A stretch of 64,000 nt of DNA. It comes from the human T2T-CHM13v2.0 reference genome, Homo sapiens. The position numbers and the translations under genes are program-made. The notes beneath the pieces are model-generated. The model saw nothing but the letters and a program-made list of their open reading frames with translations, had not been told where the DNA came from and did not search any database. Every line of letters starts with the position of its first letter. Position 1 is the stretch's first letter. This document shows positions 14,900 to 28,553 of the stretch, piece by piece. Where the stretch lies: assembly GCF_009914755.1 (NCBI RefSeq), contig NC_060930.1. One strand, given 5' to 3'.

Positions 14900-15295
14900 A
14901 GCCCCTGCTCACCCCATATGTCCCTGTTTCCCACTGTGGAATCCCAACAGCTGCTTTCCCAGACCCTGCTGTGGCCAGGGCAGAGACACAGAGCCACGTT
15001 CCACCAAGGGACCCGAGAGAAGGGCCCCTGAGCAGGCTGCTGGGGCGAGGGTGGCTGCAGGCACAGTGGCGTGGCAGGGGTTTCAGTGTCAAAGCCTCCG
15101 TGACGGCGGTGAGATGGGATGCCGGGGCCTGCTCCCATGGCAGAGGGATCTCTGTGATCTGGCCCTGCAGTAATTTCAGACGATATTCCTAATAGTGTAG
15201 CTGCTGAAGGGCCTCAGGCCCTCCCAGTGACTCTGTGACTTGCTACGTATCCTAGAATAAATTCCCTTTCTGCTTAAACTACTTGGAGGTGGTTG
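14900..15295 (+). mobile_element. ERVL LTR (LTR33-like)
   Basis: 3' part 'gtgactctgtgac...aataaattccctttctgcttaaacta'. Confidence 0.6.
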
Positions 15296-15473
15296 CAGGG
15301 GTGGTAGTTCAGCAGCCGGGCTGGTAGGGCCCTCATCCTACGACCACCTCACATAGGGCTGCTGCACAAGCCACATGGAGGGGCATGGGCCAGGGCCTGC
15401 CGAACCTGCAACCCTGCTCCCCACCCTGGAGCCCCCGCAGGACTGACGAGGAGTGCAGACAGCGGAAGGGGTG

Positions 15474-15945
15474 TGTGGTGGGTATGGTGTGCTGGCTCAC
15501 TCACTTCCCATTCCTACTCTCCCTAGCTGGGCTTCCCTTTCTGCCCTGGGAGTCTGGAAAGCTAAAACTACACTTCCCAGACTTTCTTGGGGTTCTTGGG
15601 TTCCAACCATGTTGAGATTCTGCCAACCTGACACAAGAGACTTTGGTTTGGAGCTGAGCTGTGAGAGGAGGAAGGAAGGGCATGAGGTGTCCATTTTACT
15701 ACAGCCAGTCATGACATCGGACATCTGAAGGCCGCTTTTATATCCTGCAACTTCCGGAGGCTGCAGAGGCAGCAGCCCGCTTGCCGGCCCCATTCTGGGG
15801 TGTGCTGTTGGGAGTTGTTCCTGGAAGCTCAGTTAGTTCGTTTATTCAGATCTTCTAATGCTTTTGTGAGCCATCCACACCCCTTGATAAATGCCCTTTC
15901 CTTAAACAAGAATCATGGGATTCTGTCACCTGTATCTGAGAACCC
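15474..15945 (+). mobile_element. ERVL LTR (LTR33-like)
   Basis: 'gctaaaactacacttcccagact', 'gttcctggaagctcag', 'ataaatgccctttccttaaac...gggattctgt'. Confidence 0.7.
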
Positions 15946-16227
15946 CTTCCACCCTGCCCAGCAGAGTCCCAACCTTCATCTGTCCTCCCCTTGGCCTGGG
16001 GGCCCCTCCTGCTGCCACTGCCCAGTCAGCTTCATCCTCCCCAGCAGAGACTTCCTCACGGCTGTTGCCAGTGCTCAGCTGTTCCCCTAGACACCTTCTG
16101 AAGACCAGAGCCATAGAAATGTAAGACTCCTCAAAGGGCATATATGCTGGAGCCCTGCAGCTGTTCCCACCGGGCTCCAGCTAGGAGAGTTCACAAGCAG
16201 ATGGGCTTTCTACCTGCAGACAGGATG

Positions 16228-16750
16228 CCGTTCAGGATTTAATTGGATAGAGAAGACTCCTCTGTAGCTAGTTTAAGCAGGAAGGACTTACTACTGGGTA
16301 TTAGTTTACACAGAATTGTCAGAAGGGCTGATGACACAGACTCTGGGTTGGGCTTCCAGGAGCAATTCTTGAAGCCTTGATGCAGAAGTGGGTTGCCAAG
16401 AGAGCTGCTGCCTCTTCTGCAATCGTGAAGCTGCAGAGTCTAGAAGCTTCCTGCAGCTGTTGGCTCCAGAATTACATCCTGCCTGCCACGGTAAGGAAAC
16501 TGCTGAGTCAGATAACTACCTGCTGAATCGAAAAGTTGCTGCTACCGTTGCTGGTTCCAAAACCATGCTGCTTCTGCCACTGTCTACACCTGAAAAGTGA
16601 GTGCCCCACACCCTGTCTCTTTCCTCACATGACTCAGCTCCAAAGTCAAGTCTCATGCAGGTGCATGTATATTGGTGACTCCAAATCACACCTGGAACCC
16701 AAGCTGTAAAGGAAGTCTTAGTACTGTTGCAGGTGGAAGACAGGTTGGGT
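16228..16750 (-). mobile_element. Old MaLR/ERVL LTR (MLT1-late-type)
   Basis: 'ctctgtagctagtttaagcaggaaggactta', 'ccaaagtcaagtctcatgcaggtgcat...attgg...ccaagctgtaaaggaag'. Confidence 0.55.
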
Positions 16751-17524
16751 GGGCCAAGCTGTTGCATCTGCCCTCTTGCCTTCCTGCCACTCCTGACAAC
16801 ATCCCCAGGGTATGCAGGACTTGAGGGCGAGCCGGGGCCTGAGAGATCCATGAGCTGGGAGCACCAAGGGACTGATGTTGGGTACGGCATTCAGCTCTGG
16901 ATGGAGGGGGGAGGAGGGCAGTGGCACCACTATTCAGATTAGGGATGCAGAGTGTTAAAAGCAGGGGCCCCAGGTCAGCTGCTCCACATATAAGCAGACG
17001 TGAGTCCATTAGGGACAGAGAAGAGCCCTCATGCTCAGCAGCAGGAGCCCTGCAGAGCCCAGCATGTAGCTGAGCAAGTGTGATGTCCACATAGGGACCA
17101 GGAGGTGGTGGTGCCTGCGTGGAAATGAGCCAGCTTCCTGTGGGGTAGGCTCCAGTCTGCTGCCAAGCACAGAGCCCTCTCAAGAGCACTAGAATGGGTA
17201 CAGGCTGCCAGGAGACCTAAGGGAGTAAGGGGCCACAGAATCTCCGGACTAGCTTCAGGTTCCATTGGCCTCATTCCCTAAGGTCACATGGATGCCAGGT
17301 TAGAAGGATCAGGGCAGAGATGGTGCTAGAGTTGGGGGAGGTTGGGGTGGGAGGAGGCTGGGCTCGTGGCCACTCCCAGGAGCACATTTTCCACAGCAGC
17401 ATCTTAAATAAAGAAGCCTGTTGATATTAAGACTGTGAAGGTTCTGACAGGGGTACTGGAAGTGTGAAGAGGATGCAGGAAGGTGGTGGTCCAGGAGAGG
17501 AGCCACTCCCTCTCTGCTTGGTGT

Positions 17525-17660
17525 CTTGGGGTCCTCATCTATGAAGATTGTTATCATGCCTCTCACGGGGACCGTGATAAAGTTGGAGATATGAGTTAAT
17601 ACATGGAACGCTCAGCACAGGCTTAACACAGACTAGGTGTTCAATAAATACTATCATCTT
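17525..17660 (+). mobile_element. MIR 3' half
   Basis: 'cctcatctatgaa...atgagttaatacatggaacgctcagcacag...gtgttcaataaat'. Confidence 0.7.
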
Positions 17661-19319
17661 CATTAAACATTAGGCAGGGAAAGAGCAAGCCAGGTGAGAG
17701 AGAGTGCTTCTCATGTACACATTCCTCTAATGCTTAGAATTCTCAATTCTCAATGCCTTCTCAACGCTACACCTTCCCACAACCCTTACCAACCAGGCTG
17801 GGAGCTCCCTGGTGGGGCAGGACCAAGTCTTGATTCCGGCATTCCTAGCCAGTGTTCTAAGACACATTCTCATTGGACAGATACAGGTCACATGACTACT
17901 CCTGCTCCATCTCTGGGCCAGGTGTCCAGGTGCACCAATTGGCTTAGCCCAGGTCATGTGTTCCACCGCAGGGGGTAGTGAGTGTTTCCCCAGATGTCCA
18001 GGATCCCCCCAAAGAGAGCAGGGGCTCTTGGGAAGAGGGAAAGAAGGAGGGGAGAAGTTGAGGGGAAGAACCTGTGTTCACCATGGATGCCCGGAGACCA
18101 CTGTGTAGGATTCCTCCTGTCTAGACCAGTCCTTCTGCCTGGGGGTGGGAGGGCCGTGAAGGGAGGGGCCCAGAATCCTAGGGAAGAGGCCCCTCAGGCA
18201 ACTTACGTCTTCACATTCACGCCAAACAGTCTCCATAGAACCTGCCCATTTTGCCCTCTCAGCCTGCTGCCTCCCTGTTGCGTTGCCCCCACCCCTAATG
18301 GCTTTAACAAGGATTCTGGGGGGAGGTGGAGGAGGAAGGGCAGGTCTGTAGGCTTGTGGACAGGAAGACCTGAGAAGGGCCTAAGACACTCTGAGGAGGG
18401 ACCCTTGGTGGATTTCTCTGGTCCTCACGGAGCCTGCTGTGTCATCCTGCACAGCCTCACCCCCACCGAGAGGCGCTTTATTTATGCAATCTCTTTCTTC
18501 AGGGCAGCCATCTTGTCCACAAGCCTGAGCACCTCCCAGATAGCTGTTCTCACCAGAACCCCCCACTAATCTCTGAAAGCTGCAGAGTGGAGCGGCTGCT
18601 CCCTCTGGGGAGCTCCTTCTCCCGCTCCTTCTATGCTGCCCAAGAGCCACCCAGTCCTTGCAAGGGTTTCATCTGGCTCCGTGGACTTACATCCTCCTGT
18701 GGGCGCCTGAGGCCTCTGTCAGCCAAGTACCCTCTCCTACCCCATGCTAGGCCTTCCAGGCCTTCGTGTCATGTGCGGTCCCTTACCAGGAATGCCCTTG
18801 CCCTCTCCCTCCCCTCCTCGGAGCACCCACAGCTGCTGGCACCTGCCTCCAGCCCTAACCACACTTAGGACCCTGTGCTGCCGTGGTCGCCTGGCTACTG
18901 TCTCCCACTGCAGGAGGCAACTCAAGGCCAGGGCCTGGCTCTAATGGCCCCAAATTAACACAGTGCATGGGACACAGTAGATGCTTCAAATCTGTTGAAA
19001 AAAATGAATGCACACATGCAGTATCACCCAGTGATGGCTCACTCTCCACCCCAAAGCCCTCCAGGCGACCCTTGACGGCAACGGGGTTTCTTAACTCTAT
19101 AGCAGCAGCATGGGGTGCTGGCTTTACACTTCCTGCCCATGGAAGTCCCCGGTCAGAGAAAGTCTATTATGAATGATCTTGTTTGTGGGCTGTAATGAGC
19201 ACAAAACCAGGTGCCTGGATTGTTCTCTTGACTAATCTTTCCTGCAGAGGTTGTGCAGGGAAAATAAATGCACGTGAAGAACATGTAGGCAAATCACAGA
19301 TTCTGAATCTCTGCTGGTC

Positions 19320-19562
19320 TGTGTGTGTGCGGGTGTGCGTGAATGGGTAGGTGTGAATGTGTGTGTGGGGGTAGGTGAGTGTGTGGGTGTGAGTGTGGGT
19401 GAATATGTGAGAGAGGATATATGTGTATGAGTGTGTGTGGATGATTGTGTGCAAATGTGTGCTTGAGTGGGTGGGTGTGAATGTGTGATGTGTGTGTATG
19501 TGAATGTGTGGGTATATGTGTGGGTGTATGGGTGTGACTGTGTGGGTATGTGAGTGTGGTTG
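19320..19562. repeat. Degenerate (TG)n low-complexity tract, left half
   Basis: Alternating TG-rich sequence. Confidence 0.95.
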
Positions 19563-20491
19563 TGATAGAGGCAAGAGGCAGAGAAATCCTAGGCAGACGG
19601 GGTGGGTCCCTGGTGAAACCCCACATTCAAGCCAAAAACAGCCTGAAACCTGAGACCCAGAGTGAGAACTTCTACTCCTGTTTGCCTTCTCTCTCCTGAT
19701 TGGTTTTTTTTTTTTTTTGAATAATGCCTTTTTTTTTAATAATACCTTTTTACCAATCAAACGTTGTCTTTCAAATACTACCTGCAGCCCGCCCTGCCCC
19801 GATCCTGTGCCTGTAAAGACCCCAGACTTAGTTGGTAGAGACTGAGATGGCCTGACTTCAGGGAAGAGACGACTTGACTTCAGAGAGAGACACCCTGACT
19901 TCGGGGAAGAGACAGCCTGACTCTGGAACAGAGACAAGCTGACTTCGGGGAAGACAACCTGCCTTTCCCATCCTCTCTCCAGCTCCCCTCTCCGCTGAGA
20001 GCTGATTCTGTCACTCAGTAAAATTCTTTGCCCTCATCACCCTTCAACTGTCAGCATGACCTCATGCTTCTGGGATACTGCACAAGAGCTTGGGACCCAC
20101 TGATTGCAGGTACTCAGAAAGGCTGTCACACTGGTCCTTTGCCCTCCAGCCACACCATGCAATGGGGCCAGGGGCCAACTGAGTTAGTAACATGCCGCCA
20201 TCCATCAGGCTGTGGATGGTGGAACTAAAAGAGCTAATTAGCACACTAACACCTGCTCTGGGTCTTTGAGATCATGGGCATCCTTGCCTGGGTGCTGCTG
20301 CATTCCCCTTGAGGTGACACGCCTGGTCTGGCCACAGGCCTCACACGGAATTTGCTCCTGTGTTGGTGCTTGGAGTGGCCGGCTGGATCCTGCACTCACT
20401 CGCTCCTGCAAGGGGCTGAGTATGGCGGGCCAAGTAGACAGGGCACCTCTTCCGTGAGTCTGGGAAATGGGCTGAGAAAAATCATGCATCA
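19563..20491 (+). mobile_element. ERV1 solo LTR (LTR28/LTR27 group)
   Basis: TG...CA termini ('tgatagaggcaagaggcagagaaatcctaggcagac' ... 'aaaatcatgcatca'); 4-bp TSD GTTG at 19559-19562 and 20492-20495. Confidence 0.85.
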
Positions 20492-20495
20492 GTTG

Positions 20496-20606
20496 TGAAT
20501 GTATGGATGAGTGTGTGTGTGAGAGAGAGAGTGTGTGTGAGAGACGGAGTATGTGTGTGAGTGTGTGTGGGGGGGGTGTGAATGTGTGTGTGTGTGTGTA
20601 TATATG
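20496..20606. repeat. Degenerate (TG)n tract, right half
   Basis: TG/GA alternating sequence continuing the tract split by the LTR. Confidence 0.9.
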
Positions 20607-20779
20607 TCGTTTAACCTGGTTCCATCCCTCCACACCACTCCATCCCTGGTCCTTGGGAACATATCTGGAATCAAAATAGAAATTAACAGGGATAATAGGG
20701 TTGAACATACCCATTTCTGTCCCCCAAAACCAACCACTGCTACTTCAGAAATTGATATGGAAATGTTAAAATCCAGACA

Positions 20780-21040
20780 AAACTCTAGAGCAAGAAACAG
20801 CCTTCAGACTGTTAGGAAAAATAAACATTACACAGGACCCATACGTCCATGCGCATAACTTAAACAAGGATTCATAGAAATTTACTCCTCCCAGCTTGTC
20901 ATACACTCATACACTTGGATATATTCTGCTTGTTTCTCTCTCTCTCTCTTTTTTTTTTTTTTGTAATGCTGGTCACAGCCCATGAAATTGATTTCACTAC
21001 ACACCAATGAATGGGTTCTTATCTTGCTGTTCAAGTCATC
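20780..21040 (-). mobile_element. hAT-Charlie DNA transposon fragment (MER119-like)
   Basis: 'aatgctggtcacagcccatgaaattgatttcac...aatgggt' resembles a reverse Charlie/MER119 terminus. Confidence 0.45.
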
Positions 21041-21376
21041 ATCTTTGAGCATCTCCCCTCCCTAGGGCTTTGTAAGAGTGAATATGAGTAGCCAACTGTT
21101 CTGTGTGCTTGGTGGAGGAACAAGGGCAGAGGTGAGGTGCAGAGATGAGGATGAGAGAGTGTAGCGAGGGTGTAGCTCCCTGAGTGGAGACGACTAGCTC
21201 TTATAAAGGCATCAGCCCATGAAGACTTGATTGGCCATGGGCTGCCCCAAGAAAAGGGGAGACTGGCATTCTGCTGCCAGCCTGAGGGTCACAGCTTTGT
21301 AGGCACATTGTAGGGAATTTCCCAAAGCATGGAGGAGGACCTCACTCCCTTCATTCTTCCTCTCTTCCTCACTCCC

Positions 21377-21735
21377 TGTATTAGTCTATTCTCACGGTGC
21401 TAATAAAGACATATCTGAGACTGAGTAATTTATAAAGAAAAGAGGTTTAATTGACTCACAGTTTTGCATGGCTGGCAAAGCCTCAGGAAACTTACAAACA
21501 CGGCAGAAAGGGAAGCAAACACGTCCTTCTTCACATGGCGGCAGGAAAGAGAATGAGAGTGAGGGAAGGGGGAAGCCCCTTATAAAACCATCACATCTTG
21601 TGAGAACTCACTATCACAAGAACAGCATGGAGGAAACTGCCCCCATGATCCAATTATCTCCACCTGGTCCCGCCCTTGACATGTGGGGATTATTACAATT
21701 CAAGATGAGATTTTGAGTGAGTCACAGCCAAATCA
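21377..21735 (-). mobile_element. THE1 solo LTR (MaLR)
   Basis: 'tgtattagtc...gtaatttataaagaaaagaggtttaattgactcacagtt...cacagccaaatca'; 5-bp TSD CTCCC at 21372-21376 and 21736-21740. Confidence 0.95.
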
Positions 21736-23045
21736 CTCCCCTCACCTCCTCTTGTTCTTCTCCTTCCCTCACTTCTTGAGGCCAGCAGCAATTCAGTGGT
21801 TCAGTCACTACCAGGATCTGGCCAAAGGGGCTTCCTGTCTAGACCCTGGCCCACCTCCTGGCTCATGGCCCTGGATGAGCCCCATGCTTACCCTGGGGTG
21901 CTGGCCCTTGCTTCTGAGAGTCCTCAGATGGGCTGATGGCTATGCTGGGCTAGAGGCCTGTAGGTGAAGAGCCTCAGAGCCCTGCCCATTGGTTACTGGG
22001 TCATTAGTAATGGGGGTAGGGAGGGATCTGTAGATGTTGGTATTTGTTTTAATGCTTTCTAGAGCACAGCCCATCCCAAGCATATAATTTTCATTATATG
22101 ATATCAACATTTAGCTTCAGCAATGGAAATGTCAACATTAATTATTTTCAAGGAGTCTTGATGGCTCTGGGAATAAATCAATATAAATAATGTTTCCATA
22201 AACTCTGAATCACGCTCCTAATAGTGTTATAGCTATAATTTTAATATTCAAAACAATTTTTCTTTGCATCTTAGCAATTAATTGCTGCTAAGTGCTCATT
22301 TTTTGGGATCCTTATTGCTGTCAGCTCAGAGCCAGAGGCTGGGGTCCCTGGCCCTGAAACCATTCCTAGCTCTCCTTGCCCAAAGAGTCAGGCTTGGTAG
22401 AACATCTCTTCCCCCCAAAAACATGCTTTTTGCTCTCAGCCCATTTAGAGTTTACTCACCCTTTGGCCTACTCACTCCAAGATCCCTGTTCTGGCTGCCA
22501 CACCTGGCAGCGTGGCACTCACCAGCTTCATCCAGGACTCCTCGGGTAGACAGTGGGGCAGGTGGGGCAGTCCAGGGAGTTGGGCTTACCCACTCACCAG
22601 CTGTGTGACTCTGGACGACTGATAAGTGGCAGAGCCTAGGGTCATCTACCAGGCAGAGTTCTTATTTGCAGGTTACAGAGAATGACTCAGGTGGATATGA
22701 GGAGAAACAGAATTTATTAAAGGATAGCACATAGCAAAGGCAATTGACCAGGAATAGCATCTGAAATTCCACTGAGAAGCTGGTTCCAGAGGATGCCACT
22801 GGCACCCCGGAAAGGTCCTGGTCCCTGTGGTTTGCACAGCAGATAGGGCCAGATGTTGGGGAGCTGCTGGTTTCTGTTCTTACAAAGCTGCCTTTGAAAA
22901 CCAGACATGGTCATGGCCACCTCCATCACCAGAATGGGGGGTTTTCCCTTCCCCAGCATGCTGCTTGAGGCCTGGGTGCTCCACTGATGTGGCCAGGGAC
23001 ACCTATCACAGCCAACCTGCAAAGGAGTATGAAAAAGTGAGTACA

Positions 23046-23455
<410 letters not shown>

Positions 23456-23740
23456 TCAGCTGCTTGGAGTCAGAAAGAAGGGCAGACAGTCCCACTGTGG
23501 CCACAGGCCTCTCTCTGCCTGGTTGCCAAAGATCCTCCACAGCTGTTGTGTTTAATGTCAACATTCTTCTCAATGAAGAGCTATACAAGTGCAACTCCAA
23601 ACACCTCTCTGTCCAATCTGACTTCTGCCCTGAGCTTCCACTTAGGATTCGCCTTACCCCATCCATAATCTACAGGGAGAATGCACTGAGGGTTCTGGTC
23701 CCCATGACAGTTATATTTCTCAGGGTAAATAAATAACTGG

Positions 23741-23943
23741 GGCCGTGCATGGTGGCTCACACATGTAATCCCAGGCTGCAGTTGGGGGATCACTTGAGGC
23801 CAGGAGTTCAAAACCAGCCTGGGAAACACAGGAGACCCTATCTCCACAAAAAATACAAGCTGCAGTGAGCTATGATTACACCACTGCACTGCAGCCTGGG
23901 TCACAGAGTGAAACTCTGTCTCAAAAAATAAAAATAATAAACA
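23741..23943 (+). mobile_element. AluJ with internal deletions
   Basis: 'gaggccaggagttc', 'gctgcagtgagctatgatt' J-type diagnostics; most of the right-arm 5' part is missing. Confidence 0.85.
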
Positions 23944-26854
23944 AGACATAGTTGGTATTTTGAGTTTAGAAATTGGTCTCTCATGAGGCTACAGCCATTG
24001 GACAATGCCCCTAGGCCCAGGTTCTTCTGAGCTGCCAGCCATTTAGGTTCCCCTTTACCAAGGCTGATTCCTGTGGGGATCCCAGCTGGCACCACCCGTG
24101 ACCATGAGCCATCGGTGCCTTTCCATTCACACAGCCACGGGCTCTTCCTTAGCTACCGTGCAGCAGAAGCAGAAATCAGAACGTGTAGACTGTGGATTCA
24201 CTCACAGAAAGGCTTAAAATCCCGTTAAAGGATTTATTGAAACATCAACCTTCACTTTAAAACAATGAAATTCTATTCAATTGGGACTCTGGGAATGTCC
24301 AGAACCCATGGCTCCTCAGTGCTAACGTGCTGAACGCTGGGTGCCTCCCAATTCTGCACTGTGGGATGGACAAATGAATGAATGAGTGAATAAGTGGATG
24401 AAGAGCCTGTCCTCCTAGCCCAAGACAGGCGTCCAGCAGTCTGGGTGAGGAGAGGATTAGGGGTAAATGAATCTTTTGAGCACAAGATGACTGCTCCTTT
24501 GCTGGGGGTGGGGCTGGGAGGCCAATCCAGGTAGGGGGTGGATGGGATGATCTCCTGGATCCCTTTGTGGGAATTTTTCCTGAAGATGCCCAAAGATTTA
24601 AGATTGGAGTCAAACAAGGAGAGCAGACACAGAATTGATTAAAGCAGCAGGGGATGGGACGGTCCTGCCCTGTGCGCATTGCTTTAAAAGTCCTAACAAA
24701 GGCATCAAATGCTTTTTTCTTTATGTATGAAGAGAAAAGAGGGAAATGTATAAGCTCCTTTTTTTCAAATGTTGTTCCTTCCGCCAAAGAAGATACAAGT
24801 ATTTGTACTATAGCGCTAGCTGTCCATTTGATTACTATACCCAGGACAACAAATTTATATTATTCCTGAGCGAGATCTTTGGAGATTAACTTTCCATCCC
24901 ATAGTTCGTTAATCTCTGCCATCCAGGGTTCGAGTGAGTACATTGGCTATGCTGGAGAATGTTTTTAATCTCCAAATTTACTCAAGAAGTTTCTTCTAAC
25001 GGTTGCATTATTTCAACCTCATCTGCTTCACTCCTGTTCCAGGTCTCCTCCCATCCTTCCTACCAGGCCAGCATTTCTACTCTGTGCAGCTACCAGCGAG
25101 GAGGGCCTGTGGGCTCAAAGACCCAACAGGAATTCCTGCAGAAGCCCCATAGCTTGAAGAGGGACCGTGGGATGAATGAGCCTGCATGCAGCCTGGAATG
25201 CAAAGGTTGTGCTGCTCTCCTGCAGCAGAGGGAAAGGGAGAGGGGAGAGGAAGGAGAGGGGTAGGGAGGCCACAGTGGGACAGTGGGAGGGAGAGAGAAC
25301 AGAGGGCAGGTGGGCTGTGGCCAGCTGCGGGGCTCAGGAGGAGCCGCAGGCCTGCCAGCGTGTTTCTCTGTGTTAGAACCGGCCTGAGAAAGAAACTACC
25401 TGGAGGTGGGAGTCGCGGGAAGCTGAGAAGGGCTGGCAGCTGAGCAGCTCTTGGACGTGGCCCTCGGCTCCTACCTGTGCTTCCCTGTGCAGGGAGAAAG
25501 CTGCAGGATGGCCAGGGGGTCCTGCTAGGGACAGAGCTCCCCACTCATCAAGGCCTGGGTTGGAGGGACCCCTGGGACAGTGCAAGAGGAGGAGTTTGGG
25601 GTAGGGGCAGAGGGCCTGGCAGGTGGCCCAGAGCAGCAAGCAGGTGCTCCATAGAGAATGTCCTCATATCCTTCTGCTGGGGAGAGGGACCTGACTCCCT
25701 AGTGCTCACGGGCGAGGGCCAGCTCTCTGTTGGATGAGCCCCCCACTGCATCAGTGGCAGCAGTTGTGGGTGTGAGCCCCAAATACTTCTGCTGTCTATT
25801 CAAAATGGGGATACTGGCAGGTTGTCTGCACCTCCCAGTAGTGCCGGGCTAGCTGGTGAGATGGCCCTGGGGAACTGCGCTTCCCCCAGTATGGGGTGTG
25901 GGTGAGGGTGGACGGGCCAGTGGAACTTCTGTGCTGCTGCTGGCCAACTCAGGCCTTCACTAGGCAGCCTCTCCTCTGTGGAGGACGGCTGAAACTGCAG
26001 GAGTTGAGTTGGAAGGTGAGGAGAGGGTCCCAGGCCTGGAGCAAGAACATGGCCATGCGTGTCTGTCCCTCCACTCCCTTGCGTGGGGACACCTTCCCAG
26101 AATGCTGCCCCCACCCCTCCTCCCACATCACTTTCCTTCCCCTCTCCAGCCCCTCCCCTCACTTGAAAGCCTGTACCAGGGGCTCCTCTCCTCCAGCCCC
26201 TTCAGCCAAGAGGCTCCAAGTTCTGGAGCAAGTATGCTCCCTCCCCTCCCCTCTGAGGGGTTTGTGGGGCCCTTGGGGCCTCCTGGGAACGTCCCAGGTG
26301 CTTCGGCCCAAGATCTGTGCTGATTCAATGCCACCCCCACAGCTGGGCAGAGCCTTGAGATGGACACTCCCTGCAAACCCTGCCCAGCCTAGAGCTGAGC
26401 ACGGGGCTTTGGGGCCCCCCAATGGCTCTGCTCAGTCATTCTTCAGGGCCAGGGACCACCTTCTGGAGCCTGAGCCAGAACCTGAGCCTCCCTTCAGGCT
26501 CTTCTCTCAGCCACACCACCACCCCCCGCCTGCTTCTCACCGCCCAGCCCACATCAAGCCCTAATTCTACCCTTTTTATTCCATGTAAGAGCTTGCCCAA
26601 AAGGAGCTCTCGCCCCTAGCAACAGAAAAAGGCTTCTGTTCTTAGAAATACAGCAGCCATTTGTCCATGCCTGGAGACCCTCTTGTTCTGCCCTAGTACA
26701 TCGCCTTCCCAGCTGTGGCCAGAAATTGGCTTTTCTTCCATTTCTACTTCCTTGCTGAAGCCATCTTCTCCACCTGTCTGGTGTTCATTGCACCAGGCAT
26801 CCTGCTATTGCTATTCTATACTGGGGTTCTGGAGCAGCAGGAGTGTGGCCCCAA

Positions 26855-26990
26855 GGCAGGAACGCCTCCCATTGCCTTGATGACATTCAGCAAATCACTC
26901 TTGCCCTGGGGACCAGGTTTTCCTTCTGTAAAATGAGGGGGAGTGGACCTCATCATCTCTGATTCCTTCCAGCTTTAGAATCTGTTTCTG
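26855..26990 (+). mobile_element. MIR3/MIRc fragment
   Basis: 'gcaaatcactc...ttttccttctgtaaaatgagggg...catctctgattccttccagct'. Confidence 0.7.
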
Positions 26991-28553
26991 TGATGATGTT
27001 GGGGATTGTGCAGACCTAGTTTCCTTTGTTTACAAGATGTGGAGACTAAGAAACCCATAGAAGTGTGAAGTATAGAGTATCAAGAGCACTCCCTCTGCCT
27101 GTTCTGGGGTGTACACTGTTACCCACACTTCCAGGGAGAAAGCGCCCTGGTTGAGGGAGTGGTGCCAATGTGCAGACACATCCCAGCCTGGGACCCAGGG
27201 CTGCCCGTGCCCATCCCCCAATAGCCCTGCTGCTCCCTTCCCCCTCGCCTCCCTCCAGGGCTGTGGAGAGGAAGAAACGAGATGCTCCCTCTTCAGATGC
27301 CCTGCCCATAGGAAGGCCCATGCAGATCCTCGGGACTATGCTCTGTTCTGTTCAATCCACCTGGTGGGTCTGACCACCAGGACATGGCCCTGCCTTCCAG
27401 GGAGTAGACACTGTGTCTGCACTGTGCTCCTCTCTTGTGACAAGAGCAGGCTTGGTGCTATGGAGGCTTCCCAAGGCGTCCTGTAGGAGCATTAATCACT
27501 GAAGGAAGGGCCAGGGCAGTAGCAGGCCAGGGACAGTGGGCCCTTCCACGGAGCACAGAGCAGTGGGCCCCGCAGGAGAGGCAGGTAGGGGTGGAGGTGA
27601 GGCGCTCAGGAGCAACGCAGCCCTGTCTCCACAGCCCGGCAAGGGATTTTATGGAATACTTGAGAAAAAAATCATCAATGAATATGATGGATGCCCCCCA
27701 GCAGAGGTGCAGGGGTCCCCCCTTTTGGATCCAGGAAGCAAAAAGCTGGGGTCCTGGCCTGAGTCTGAGCAGAGGACAGTTTTGAACAAGGAGGTCCACA
27801 GGGCAAGAGGAGGGTGGGAGTGCTCCCATGCACATGGATCACTGTGCTTTGGAGTGTGTGTCCCCACTGATGGGGATGAGGATGAGTGTGAGACCAAAGG
27901 CAGCCCTCTTGGGGTAGGCAGGGGCCAAGGCCCACAGGTGGGGGCTGGGGAGGATGTGTTCTTAACAGGCGTGGCCAGACGCCTCCTCCTTCAGAAGACC
28001 TGGAAGAAGCAGGTGGAGGGAGAAGCAGAGTCACAGAGGCAAGGCAGAGACTCAGAGGCCCGGAGACTGGGGTGGCCGCAGGCAGGGCCTCCCCAGCCCC
28101 ACTGCTTTCCGAGCTAGCTATCTCCAGGAGGCCAGCCTGCCCACAGGGCCCCAAAGCCCCAACCCCCAGGTGGCCCTCCCCTCTTGCAGCTGCCACAGTT
28201 TCTGCAGGGCTGCTTTGTCAGACCTCTTAGAACACAAGCAGCAGAACTAGGAAGGCCCTCAGAATGAAGGAGACGCAGGCACCGTGGGAGCCCAGGGCCC
28301 CTTTCCATTGCACCAGTGCTCCATCCTCCCACATCTCCCAAAGATCAGCCCTCCTCAGTGACCCCGGGAGCCCAGGAAGATCAAGGATCGAGACTGTCGC
28401 CCTGGACCTGCCTGCTGTGTAGCTCTGGGTGCAAGTCAAAGATCAAGCTGAAGTAAAGGTATGCTCACTCAGGGTTCAAGGGCTTATTATTAGTAACAAT
28501 AATTCCCTACATATGTAAAATCTCACACCGGACATACGCTTTTTACATCATCT

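Noticed and set aside
19167-19937. 256-aa His/Thr-rich minus-strand ORF
   Set aside because: It is a translation of the (CA)n tract plus LTR sequence, not a gene.
25896-26564. 222-aa ORF and other long GC-rich ORFs (3452-4099, 17982-18569, 27536-28117)
   Set aside because: Non-ATG or weak starts, Pro/Gly/Arg-rich composition expected by chance at high GC, and no recognisable domain.
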